A program made the translations under genes and the position numbers. From NCBI GenBank assembly GCA_947584415.1, contig CANPWN010000003.1, forward strand, positions 28,860 to 92,859: DNA of 64,000 bases, in the 5' to 3' direction. Source of the stretch: an uncultured Clostridia bacterium (lineage in GTDB: Bacteria > Bacillota > Clostridia > Christensenellales > UBA1242). This document shows positions 19,087 to 31,400 of this stretch, one piece after another; the stretch's first letter is position 1, and each line of letters begins with the position of its first letter. The notes beneath the pieces were generated by a model. The model was given only the letters and a program-made list of their open reading frames with translations. It was not told where the DNA came from and did no database searches.

Positions 19087-19593
19087 TTAAAAATGATTTA
19101 TTAACAAATCTGGTCTTGGCGGTTTTAACTGAACATCTGCGTCAATAATTTGCCTTTCTTCTGGCAAAGAGCCGTTCAAATTGTCAATCTCCTGTTGAAT
19201 CAGTGCCGCAGTTTCGCCAGAATAATGTGCCATCATGTTTTTTCCACTTTCGGCGACAAATTGAACACAAATTTCGTAACTTCTTAAGACTTTAAACATC
19301 TTCTCGGGCCTGAAAAGATTGTCCTCCCAAAATTCCTGCTCGCCCTTAGACAAAATTATATTCGGGTTGAACATTACACTTATTTTTCCGCCAATTCTCT
19401 CCGCTAAGGCAATTGCACGGACATTTAACCCAATTTGATTTGAAGAAAGTGATTTGCAAATCCTTCCGTTTGACCAATGATATCTTAAAGTGTCCTTCAT
19501 ATCACTTGCAGCACAAACACTTTGAACATCAAAAGGCGTTTCAATAACCGGCTGTTTAAATTTTTCGTTGTCAAAAACAATATCTTTTACCAT
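19087..19593 (-). CDS. Peptide deformylase-like protein lacking metal ligands
   Basis: Fold landmarks present (NQIG, NP.I, R...I.V), but EGCLS is EDNLF and QHEXDH is QQEIDN. Confidence 0.7.
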   Translation of the reverse strand: MVKDIVFDNEKFKQPVIETPFDVQSVCAASDMKDTLRYHWSNGRICKSLSSNQIGLNVRAIALAERIGGKISVMFNPNIILSKGEQEFWEDNLFRPEKMFKVLRSYEICVQFVAESGKNMMAHYSGETAALIQQEIDNLNGSLPEERQIIDADVQLKPPRPDLLINHF

Positions 19594-19658
19594 ATCTTTT
19601 AAGATATGATTTAACTTGAAAAAGATGATAACAAAATTGAGGAAAATTTCCTCGACTT

Positions 19659-21080
19659 TTAGCCTAAAATGTCACTTCTGTCGGCATAGGTCGTGTGGAG
19701 TAATTCACTTCCTGTTTTGTTAAGATAGGTTTCATAAAGTTGGACAATTTCAGGGTTTTCGTGGGCAAATTTGATTTTTGCACTCTCATCAAGCGAGTAG
19801 ATTGCCTGCTTTCTCATTTTTCTGACATCTTCAAAGGTGTTGAACAGATTTTTTGGCTGTCCTCCGCCTGCCATACATCCGCCAAGACACGCCATAACCT
19901 CCACAAAATCATACTTTTTGCCTTTTTTCATTTGTTCAAACAACTTGTGAGCATTAACAAGTCCGCTGACAACTGCAACTGACAAAGTTTTGTTGCCAAC
20001 ACGCACTTTTGCTTCGGTAAAGCCATCATTTTTTCTTAAGTTTTCAAATTTGCAATTTTTTAAATTTTTCCCAGTAAGCATGAAATTCGCTGTGCGAAGA
20101 GCCGACTCCATAACACCACCCGAAACACCGAAAATTATTCCTCCTCCGCTGCCAGTTTGCATCATGCTGTCATACTCGCTCTCTTCCAAAAGGTCAAACC
20201 TAATTTCCCTCTCTTTCATCCAGCGGGCAAGTTCACGAATTGGGATGACAAAATCAACATTTTTTGTCCTTTTTATTTCCGCTTTTTTTGCCGTGCATGG
20301 AGTGATTGCCACGCTGACAATGTTTTCTTTTTTTATGCCCATCTTCTTTGCCCAAAATGTTTTTATCATTGCCCCCTGCATTGATATTGGACTTTTGCAA
20401 CTTGACAAAAGGTTTATTTTTTCAGGATAAAAGATTTCTGCAAACTTAACCCACGCAGGACAACAACTTGTGATTAAAGGAAGATTTTGTTTGTTTTTAA
20501 GCCTTTCAACAAGTTCCTTTGCCTCCTCCATAATTGTTAAGTCTGCTCCAAAAGTTGTGTCAAAAACATAGTTCGCACCAAGTTTTCTTAAAGCTGAAAC
20601 AAGTTTTCCTGTGCAAATTGTGCCTTCTTTCTGTCCAAACTCTTCTGCCAAGGCAACCCTGGAAGATGGCGAAGTTTGAAAAACAAAAACTTTTGTCTTG
20701 TCCTGCATAAGTTTTTCAAGTTCCATATAGTCCATTTTTATGTCAAGCGCCCCTGTCGGACACGCCAAGCAGCATTGCCCACAATCAACACACACGGACT
20801 TACACTTGCATTTTTGTATGTCATAATGCCCATAAACACTTTGTTTAAATCTGCAAACAGACTTGCAATTCCCACATTTGACGCAAAGATTTTCATTTCG
20901 GCAAATTGACGGGTTGTCCTTGTCAACTTCAATGAAAACCGTCTCTTCTCGTGCCACCTCTTTGACCGGCTCAAACAAATCTTTGCTCACATGGCACATG
21001 GGGCAAGTCCAAGAATCTGGCAGAGCTAAAAAATCACCATCATAAATATAACCGCAAACTTTGCAAATATATTTGGACAT
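19659..21080 (-). CDS. Monomeric [FeFe]-hydrogenase with N-terminal rubredoxin and 2[4Fe-4S] domain
   Basis: [19 protein letters not shown] rubredoxin. Two CxxCxxCxxxC motifs. H-cluster motifs [31 protein letters not shown]. Confidence 0.93.
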   Translation of the reverse strand: MSKYICKVCGYIYDGDFLALPDSWTCPMCHVSKDLFEPVKEVAREETVFIEVDKDNPSICRNENLCVKCGNCKSVCRFKQSVYGHYDIQKCKCKSVCVDCGQCCLACPTGALDIKMDYMELEKLMQDKTKVFVFQTSPSSRVALAEEFGQKEGTICTGKLVSALRKLGANYVFDTTFGADLTIMEEAKELVERLKNKQNLPLITSCCPAWVKFAEIFYPEKINLLSSCKSPISMQGAMIKTFWAKKMGIKKENIVSVAITPCTAKKAEIKRTKNVDFVIPIRELARWMKEREIRFDLLEESEYDSMMQTGSGGGIIFGVSGGVMESALRTANFMLTGKNLKNCKFENLRKNDGFTEAKVRVGNKTLSVAVVSGLVNAHKLFEQMKKGKKYDFVEVMACLGGCMAGGGQPKNLFNTFEDVRKMRKQAIYSLDESAKIKFAHENPEIVQLYETYLNKTGSELLHTTYADRSDILG

Positions 21081-21109
21081 AATAACTCCTTATTCAACAA
21101 AATCTTACA

Positions 21110-22189
21110 CTAAATTTTGTTTTTTTCAAAGTATTTGTCAAAAAATTTTTGATTCTGTTGAACACGCTCGTCATTTGGTTTGCAAGAGAGGCTAAGTTTA
21201 TGAAATTCATAAGATTTTTTAATATCACCTTTGACAAAATGAGCATAACAAAGTTGCAGCGAAGGAAGAAAGCAATAATTGTCCTCGTTCACAAACGCAC
21301 CGCTATTTAGGTCAATTTTGCTTTGAAGGGCCAGTTCAAGCCAAAAAATAGCCTCATCAATACGGCTAAGCCGCAACAAAAGGTCACCAAGTTTGCAAAA
21401 GACCTCTGCCTTTGGCAAAGAGGTTGTAAGAGCAGAGGAAAGACTTTGAAGTGCCATATCTTGTCTTCCCAAAATGTCATAACAATCAGCCATATCAAGA
21501 TAAGCCTGAGCGCGGTTGACAACCCAGCCACCAGGCATATTTAAATACTTCTTTAACTCTTTTATCGCCTTATTATATCGGCCAGAAAAATAATATTCAC
21601 GCGCATAAAAAAATTGTTCGCGAGGTGAAAATGCCACTTTCTTGCGTTTTTGGGCCAAAAAAATGCGTAAATTCCTATTTTTTTCGTTAATTTTCATTTT
21701 TTTATGATAAATTTTGATGTCCGCAATTCTAACATCTCCGTTCACTTCAACATACTCATGAACAAATCCATGCCACAAAAAGTTTTTGTCCCTTTTGAAA
21801 AGCCTCTCCCTTTTAAAAATGGAAATGGGCGTGAAATTTTCGTCATAGGCAAGCACATAATAAAACATGTAAGCGTCTGCTGGCGCTTTTGATTGTTTTA
21901 ATTCGTTTATCTTTTTGATGTCTTCATCCAAAACAATATCATCTGCGTCCAGCCACATCACATAATCAAGAGTTGCTTTGGAAAATGAAAAATTCCGTGC
22001 TTTTGAAAAATCATCATCCCACTCAAAATCAAACACCTTGTCTGTGAACTTTTTTGCCAGTTCTTTTGTCCTGTCTTTTGACCCAGTGTCAACAACAATA
22101 ATCTCATCTGCAAATTTTTGAACGCAACAAAGACATCTTTCAATAACAAGTTCTTCGTCCTTCACAATCAAGCAAACTGATATTTTCAT
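21110..22189 (-). CDS. GT2 glycosyltransferase with C-terminal TPRs
   Basis: SVCLIVKDEE, VDTGSKD, DFSKARN, WLDADD, G.VHE, followed by TPR-like helices. Confidence 0.9.
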   Translation of the reverse strand: MKISVCLIVKDEELVIERCLCCVQKFADEIIVVDTGSKDRTKELAKKFTDKVFDFEWDDDFSKARNFSFSKATLDYVMWLDADDIVLDEDIKKINELKQSKAPADAYMFYYVLAYDENFTPISIFKRERLFKRDKNFLWHGFVHEYVEVNGDVRIADIKIYHKKMKINEKNRNLRIFLAQKRKKVAFSPREQFFYAREYYFSGRYNKAIKELKKYLNMPGGWVVNRAQAYLDMADCYDILGRQDMALQSLSSALTTSLPKAEVFCKLGDLLLRLSRIDEAIFWLELALQSKIDLNSGAFVNEDNYCFLPSLQLCYAHFVKGDIKKSYEFHKLSLSCKPNDERVQQNQKFFDKYFEKNKI

Positions 22190-22446
22190 ATCCTTAATTA
22201 TTCAAAAATAATGAAAAAATTGCAGAAAAATAATATATTTTTATAAAAAAATCATTAAAATTATTAAATTATGCTTTTTATCCCTTATTTTTAAAGGCAA
22301 AAAAATTGTTTGAGGCGAAGACCTTCTTTTAATGTTATATTAAAATAAATATAATTATATATAATATTTACACATAATTTATTTTGATTTTGCAAAGAAT
22401 TATGCTAGAATTATTTTGTCAAAAAATGACAGAAGAGGTAAGGTTT

Positions 22447-25400
22447 ATGAACAAGTTGAAATCAGTTTTGAGTTTTACTTTTCTAGCAGCGGCAGTCATA
22501 GGTGTTGGCTGCGGAGGTATGTTGTGTTCTGCCCCACCAAGAGCAAACATGACCGTTTTTGCAGACTATGTTGATGACACGGTCAATGAAACCGTGCTTG
22601 ATGACTATTTTGTTGTTGACGGGCTAACCCAAGGCACATTTTTTCATAAAACTGCAAGTGACACTGGCTTCAGCGTCAGATTAAACACAGAGAAAGCCGA
22701 AGTCGCAAATGATGATAACGAAACGAGTCCTAATTTCAAATATTATTACTCAGTCCCTGGTGCAAGTCCAACGACATATTATTACTTCCTCGTCAACGCC
22801 GTAACCTTTTCAATTGATGGAGTGACCATCCCAGACAAAAAGGCAAGCGGAAATGACATTGGCTTTGACACTTCCAACCTTATCCTTAACTCCACCGGCA
22901 GTACTGACTTTCTTGATGCCGGCGACAATGTTACATCTCAAACAATCAATTTTAAAGTTGTTTATGAAAAAGGTGGAAAAACAAGAATATCTCAACCAGT
23001 TGCAGGTGAGAACGACTATTTGACGACCGAAAATAAATTATCACCAACACCTCAGCGAACAGTTTATCTTGGCGACACCTTCACAGACAGTGAAGGGCGC
23101 GAGCGCTCAACTGAAGGAAAACTTGAAATCAGAATAAGTTACTCTTTCGTAATTTCGGAACAAATTGCAGTGGGGAGAAACTCCGAAAAATTTGTTGGCA
23201 CAGAAACTCCACTCACCCCTGCCATTATCCGAACACTTTACTTAAACGAAGACAACTATGTCACACAATTAAATGAGCCAAAACTTGAGTATGACACAAA
23301 CACTTTGACAAGAACAAATGTGACAACAAGCGAGGCGGCAACACATAAATTTAATTATTTTTACAACTATCAATCAAATCAAATCCCTTGGATAAGTTAT
23401 AACCCAAATTACATAAGGCTCAGCGTAACAAAAACACAAAACAACGCAACCATTTCCGACACCATTGTCTATGACCCAGATGACAAAAAGATTAACAAAG
23501 ATGCAAACGGCAACGAGCATATCCCTTCTTTCTTGTATGACATTAAGGAAGAGGAAAATGGCAATTTGAAAGTTTACTTTAATGATGTTGGACAATATGG
23601 TCTTGCCATTGACTTTGTGCATATTAACACAAACGACAAAACAACCTATGTTGTTGACAGGGCAATCAAAGGGCAGTTATATCAAAATGTTTATATCTTT
23701 GGTGCTCAAGCCTTTTTCACTAACCGTGCAGAAAACAAGCAAAGTGAGTTTAAAGATGTTGAAAATTTCGCTGCAACCATATCGGCTGATATAACTTCCT
23801 ATTTGAAGGACAATAAATACGCCTCACTTCTGCCAAGCGGCGCAGAAACAAACGAACATGATGCTGAAGGCTCATGCACTTGTGCAGACTGCACAATGAA
23901 AAAACTTGTTGCACAAATAAACACAGACAAAATTAACATTGTATCAACAAATCAAACTCCGGTCAAATTCGCCTTCAACCTTAACTCTCAAAACATTTCC
24001 GTTTACTCAAAACTGGAAAATGATGATAAAGGTTGGCAGCGTTCCGCTGAAAGCGTGACAAAAACATTTAGCAACCCTGGAGAATACTTTGTTAGATTAA
24101 GTTACAGTTTTGCCCCTCACACAACTTTAGACGGAGCGGCAAGTGATGCAACTTTTACACAATATTTTTACTTCAAAATCAACAAGCCTGTTCCAGTTAT
24201 CAAAATTTATGCTGTTGACAAAAACAACACTGAAAAAGAGTTGATGTCAAAAGATTACACCAACGCCGAAAGAGTTAAAATCATCTATGAAAACTATGGC
24301 GGCAAGTTTGACAGCGAAGCAACTTTTGAAATTTCAAAAAAGGATTTCAAAAACCCAAGTCAAAGTTTTGAAAACAGACCTTTTACTTTTAGAGTTACAA
24401 CTCGCCAAGATGCAAGCGGAAACGAATATCAATGTGGCGAATATGTGGAAGAAGGAGAAGGAACTTACACAGTTTCCACCTACTACTCTTTTGAAGGCGT
24501 TAAACAAAAAGTTCCTGTTACAAAAAGTTTTACAATTGACAGAGAAGCAATTGACGCAATTGAACCTATAAACGCTTACACTGTGCAAACTTATGGCTTG
24601 AATAAGGAATATCAAAGCGACCCAACACCAATTTCAGATGCCACAAACCAACCTTTCATTTTAACTTGGCAACAAACAAAACGCAGCGGCGCAACAACAA
24701 ATGCCTATGTTAAATATTATCCACTTCAAAAGAACAATATCTATTCCTCTAACGGCAATCTTAGCGGGATGATACAAAGTTTCTTGGGAACATTTCAATC
24801 TCTTGCAACAGACAAATCTTTAAACTTTAGGCAAAATGCAAGTTGGGACAAATATGACAACGCCACTGCAGTGAGAAATGGGGTTATCCCAAATTACTAT
24901 GTCAAATCTGACGCCGGACTTTACATCTTCCAAATTGTTGACCAAGCAGGAAACACCGCTGTCAAGATTGTTTTATTTGATGACAGCACTCCTTACTTTG
25001 CAATGTATAAAGCGGGCAGCAGCAGTGGTGAAGCCGGCGGCTACTCCATTGTAAGCACTTATTACACAACCTCAACAGACGCAACAGTTTACTGGGGTGA
25101 AAAGAAAGCAATTTTCATTGATTATGACCCAAATAGCAATGATGTTGCGGCCGACAGAAATGGTGACGAAAGCGAAAACTCCCCTGTATACCAAGCACTT
25201 ATGAACTTCTTTAATGGCAAAACTCACAACTATTCCCTGCCACAAATTGCAGATGCATACAAGGGTGATTACTACGAAGTTGAACTTGAAGATTATGCTT
25301 CATACAAAGGGCTAAGCGGAAAATATGAACCTATCAACGCATCTTCAATGGAAATTCAATCTTCCTTCAAGGTTTATTACACGGGAGATGAAAGCGTAAT

Positions 25401-28400
25401 AAATTATTACTATTCAACCAGCGACAATGTGAACAACTATGTTTTGAAAGTTAAAGAGGACGGCTCAACGGAAAGAGTTGTTTCAATCAATGGCACAACC
25501 ATTGAAAATGAAGGAACACTTAAGGAAGCAAAGGTTTACAAACGCTCAGTCAATGGTGAAAACACCGCTTATTACTATAGCGCTCCAATTTCCTCTGACA
25601 CAAATCTTCACAAAGTTTACAGCACTGAAGTTGTGACAAAGCCTGCAAATTTTGAAAACTCCGAATTTAAGGAAGTTAACTTTGTGGATATGGAAGGCAC
25701 TTATGTCTTCCTGCTCAGAGATAAGTCCAACACACTTGGAAGAGATTACCCTAAGGACTCAAACGGTTACAGCGAAGAGGCCTTCTTGAATCATGCGTCT
25801 GCATATCAATATGTCAAAGTGACGGGAGATGTTTCAGGGACAAAAATTTACTTCACAGACGGAGATGACACCATTGAATTGACATACGCGGCATTTTCAA
25901 ATTCCGGTGTGACTGAAAATGACGAAGCAAAAAATCTGTCCTTTAGGGAAAGTTACTATGAGCCAACCTGCATACAAAAAGTGTTGTCAGTTTCATTTAC
26001 GCCAACCACAACAACCTCTGCAGGAAAAACACAAATTGACAAGGTTACACTGCAATACTTCCCTTATGAAACACAAAAGTATGCACATTTGAATGCTTGG
26101 GGAAATCCTGTTGTCGAATTCTATCAAACGCTTTCCACAGTTGAAACAGAACCTATTGTGCTTTATGATTATAAAAATGGAAGTGGTGATGCAGAATCCT
26201 CAGAAGAACTTACTTTCAGCATCAATGTTTCTTCACAAATGACCAAGGCTGGAAAATACATCCTCAAGAGAACTTATGTCACAGGCGAAGGCTATATCAC
26301 CGGCAGTTTTGACTATGACCAAAGAACACTGACCGCCCTTGTTGACAGATACAATGTTCTTTCTGAACAAGCGTCTGTTGAATATGTGGAAAACATCCGA
26401 ACATATCAAAATGTTAATGGATTAACACTTCAAACCCGCGTTATTGAAAACATTTTGGAAGTTACTGTTGTGGGCGAAACGAATTTCCCAGACAACCCAA
26501 CCTTTAAATTTTATGCAAAAAACGGCGAAGAAGAAACCGAACTTAAATTAAGCCAAATCAATGCAAACATTGGATACTACAATCTTGTCAGCGAAGAAGA
26601 CAGCAAAAAGCCTGACATTATCCTTGACACAAGCGCAATTGTTGACTATGTTTTGAAAGTTGGCGAAGATAAAATCCAAGATTACAGCGTAACACCAAGC
26701 AAATCTTACAGGTCTTTGGAAAGCGTTGTTGGCAGTGACATCTTCGTCAATATGTATGATGGCATGTCTGAGAACGGCGGGAGCCAAGTTTCCATTACCT
26801 TCCCTAATTACAGCGGAATTTTGCCTTCTGGAGACTCTTTCTACACAGACAACAAATCAGATTGGGACCCAATTCATGATGAAACAGCAAGCAAGTTCAC
26901 AACAAACAAACTTCCTGTTTCACTTTACATTCCAAGCGTTAAATACACTCTTTACAACTTAGGACAATGGGATGACGCAATTGAATATTCTTCAGTTTTA
27001 AATGAAACCCTAAATTACTATGACAAAACCTACACAAATTCAGTAATCAATTCCTATGAACTGCGTGCTGAAATCACCGTGTTTGACAACGAAGGAAACA
27101 TAATCAAATATTATTCAAATGGCTCAACTTACAGTGGTTTCTTAAAATTCGTCGACGATAAAGGTCAAGATGTTTCTAACTTTACAACCGCCGGAGTTTA
27201 CATTGTCAACATCTCGCAGGGCAACTATTCTGAGGGTGTCTCTGCAAATAGTTTCAAGAAAAACTATCAGTTCTCTTTCACCGTGCTTTCCTCCTCGCCT
27301 GAATTTAGCATCTCTGCAAATGGTGCTCAACTCAACTCACTTCAAGACCGTTCCCAAAATGAAGTTAAGGAAATTTATTACACAAACGCAAGTGACATAA
27401 GAGTTTCTTGGAACGACACGGACAGCCCTTACATTGCGAACATTGACAAAACTCAAATAAGACTTATCATTATGCAAGCAACATACAAAATCAGCATTGT
27501 TGATAATAAAGTTTCCGTTTTCAATGATACAAATGATGAACTTCCGGATTTTGAAGTCGGGATGTCCTATTCAAAAACGGGCAACCAAAACAGGCTGATT
27601 ATCAACCTGTCCGCGCTAGACGCTTACTACAACGGCAGCGAAGTTGACATCACCATGCAATTTGAAAATCACAACTCTGACTATTACTCGACAAAAACAA
27701 AGGCCATTTACATTGACCTTGCCGCTGACGCAACTTCCCTCAACCCACTCATTGACAAACTTCCTTCATCTTCAGCCTTAACACTTGACCGCAGCACTTT
27801 GAGAAGATACAAGGATGCAAGCGGCGGCGACATCACAACGGGCAACCCGAATAACGACAACTTTGTTGCTTCTTACAACATCTCTCAAGATGCAACCAGC
27901 CCACTTTATAGATACAGTTACATGGTTGATTCAAATTTCTTCATTACTTTGCGCGACAAGGTTATGGCAAATGCAAACATCACTTCGCCACAGGACTATG
28001 TTCAAGCAGGCTGCGGCGCTTGGGAAGCATATTACAGAATTGTTGACAACCCTTACAACACCACCTCTGAAACAAGTGACGAAGAAACATCCTATGAAAA
28101 CTTTATTCCATCAACCTTTAACAACATCACAGATTCAATTCCTTCAACTGCGGGCGACTATGTTGAAGTGGTTGAACGTGACCGTGCTGGAAACATGACA
28201 ATTTACTTGGTTTACCTTTATGACCAAGACCAAACTGACGAAGGGCAAGAAGGCTCTTATCAGGGCATTGAAATCAAAGATGAAAGCACCTTTAAACTTG
28301 CAAGTGATGCCCAAATTGCCACAGACAAACTCAGCCTTTACGCATCAACCAGCACAACCATTTCTCGTTTCAACTTCTTGGGTGATGAGTGGATAAGATT

Positions 28401-31400
28401 TGCTGTTAATGATGAAGAATACTTGCTCTCACCAATTATTCCTCAAGGCAATGTTTTCCATCTGCCAAACACAACAACTTCAATAAGTTTGAATTCTGTT
28501 CTTTCTTCCTTTAGTTCATCAACAGTGCCAATTTCCATCAGAGTTCTTAACAGAGCCACCGGCGTTTGGCACAATTTCACCATCACGCTTTTAAATGAAG
28601 TTGCGCTTGTGACAACGCTTTCAAACTCTGACTCCGAATACATTTCAATCTCATATTCCAATGCGGTGTATCCAGTCAATGTTTCAATCTTCCAGCAAAC
28701 AATACAAAATGAACAAGCCGTTCTCACTGCAAACCTATCAAACAACCCTAACAAACTTGAAAACCTGACAAATGCAGATTACACATATCTGTCAGGCTGG
28801 GCAAATAAAGACGGCATAACCGTTTCTGTGGACGCAGCGACAAACCGCATAGTGTTCAGATTTAACCGCAACCCTTCAGTTGGTGTTAAAGTTAGATATG
28901 AAATTGAAGATAACTTTGGCAATATCTTAAAGCCAGCGCACATCTTTGGTATTGTGCAGCCAAACGAAATCACGAGCAGCGGAAATATTTATCAAACTGT
29001 TGTCAATGACTTCACAACTGGCAACCAAAACGAAATTTATTATATTGCAACCAAAAATTTGGTTTACAGTTTCAACAACCTCATACACAATGTTACTGTT
29101 GAAAAATGGGATAACATCCGCGGAAGATGGTCATCAGACGCTTCAGTTTTACTTCCTAATGATTACATTTCACGAACAACCGACAATATCACAACTTACA
29201 CCTTTGCCCCTCAAAATGACACTTTTAATCAAAAGTTTAGGTTGATTGTCAATGAATTGGACGGAACAGAACAAACAAATGTTAAAACCGTTTACTTGCA
29301 ACTATATCAAGTTCTGCCACATCTTTTGGATAAACTTGAAAACGCAAATGACTATCTTTCAACTTTCACCATGACGGACTCCTCAGGCATCAACATAACC
29401 AAAGAAGTTTTGGTGGACAGAAACTCCGAAAATGTTTTCATCAATGGCAAAACTTACTCCGTTTCTTTGGCCGGAATAACCTTTGCAAAGAGCATTAGAT
29501 TGACTTTCACTGACCCAGCGCAATTTGCCTTCCCTTACAGCATTTACATATATAAAGAAGATGGCTCGCTTGGTGAAGACTTTGTGCCAATCAACTCTGG
29601 AAGTAGATTTGCAGAAAGCGGCGTTTACTACATCTTGTTCAAATATGACGAACTGTTGTTGTATGAGGACAGAGTTTACAAAGTTGAAATTCTTGACTCC
29701 AATAATGAATACTACCGCGTTACAAACAATGGACATGTTGTAAACCGCGCCGGAGCATATTACAATGATGGCTCAGTTGATAACCCTGAATATTACATTG
29801 TCAATGTTAAATATCCAGACGAAAGCCGTGCAATTGAAATTGTTCCAAACACCTATCAAAAAATTGTTTCTTACTTCATCTCAGAAAAACCAGAAGAACA
29901 AAGTCGTGAAGTGGTAACTTTGCAGTATGTTGTTTCAAATGTGGGAAGAAATGGTGACCAGCCTCTTGAACAGGGACTTCATAAATTCTTCAAAAAAGTC
30001 TTTATCACCTTTGTTCCTCCAACACAATCTCCTGTTGGCACAATGTATTTGACCTACAACTTCTCTGACATGCCTATCCCTGATTCAATAAATGATAAAA
30101 GTTCTTACACAGCAGTGCCACCAGACCCAGGAATTGAATCAATCAAACTTGTTTACTCCAAAAACAGAGGAATTGACAGCAATTTGATTAATCTTTCCGT
30201 GCTTAAAGATGGCGTGCCTTACACCCCAACAATCAAGCAAATGGCAACCGGTGACGGCGAAGAAGAACTTATGTATGCTGAATTTTCAATCTCCGGCACT
30301 TACACAATTTCATTTACAGATGTTGCGGGCAACAGGCAAATGTTTGCAACTGGCTTAACTCAACAATCTTACGAATTTAATCTTGTGCTGTTAAAAGATG
30401 TTTCGTTCTTCATGACCTACACAGATGTTGACGGAAATGAACAAAACACTGACCCAATTCAAAAAGGCGTGTTCAATAGCGAAGTGACACTTTCAGTTAT
30501 CAAAAAGTTTAATTCGGTTTATTACACTCAAGCATCTGTCGGAGAAAAAGACTCCCTCATCCATGTTACCAGAAACGGCGTGCCTTACACTAATTATGAA
30601 TACTCCTCAAACGAAACACTTTCTTCCTTCAAGTTCTCAAAACCGGGATATTACTCCGTTTACTTCTCCGCAACCAGCCTGGCAACCGGACTTGAACTGA
30701 GAGAAACCGTTTACACCTTCGCAATTGTCGAGCCTGAAGAGTCAAGATATGCGTTTGAATTCTCACCTTATCAGAGTTATTATGTTCTCTCAATCATAAA
30801 AGGCAACAGCGGTGACATCACAAGAGATAATGACGGCAATTTGGTTGCAGACCTTCAAAATACCTTCCAAACCGCAGTTGGCAGTGATAACAAGCGCTAT
30901 TTGAAAAACTTTGTGACTTCAGTTTCAGATGAAGGTTTGCTTGGCAGCGGAAGATATATTGTGACAATTTCAACAAACAAAAACTTAAACCGTGACGATT
31001 ACTCCAAAGTCACAACCTTCTCCTTTGCATATTGGATAAATTCAGAGTCAGTGCCAATCAGCGTTTCAATCAACGAAGGCACTTCAACCAACAAAAACAT
31101 CTCTGTTTCCTTTAATGCAGAAAGAGTGTTCACTTCGGTCGGCGAGTGCGACATCTATGTTGGAACAAAAATATATCACATAAACAGTGAAACCATTGCC
31201 GAACTTGGCACTATCACCGAAACACTTTCAACAACAGGTGTTCACTACATCACCGTTATGTCAATGAGCGGCAGCGTTCTTTACAGATACAAAGTTGAAA
31301 AAACTGAACCTCTCAATGGCTGGGCAATTGCAGCAATTGTCATAGGCGGCATAGTGCTGATTGCAGTGATAATCATCATTGTTAAACTGAGAAAACGAAT

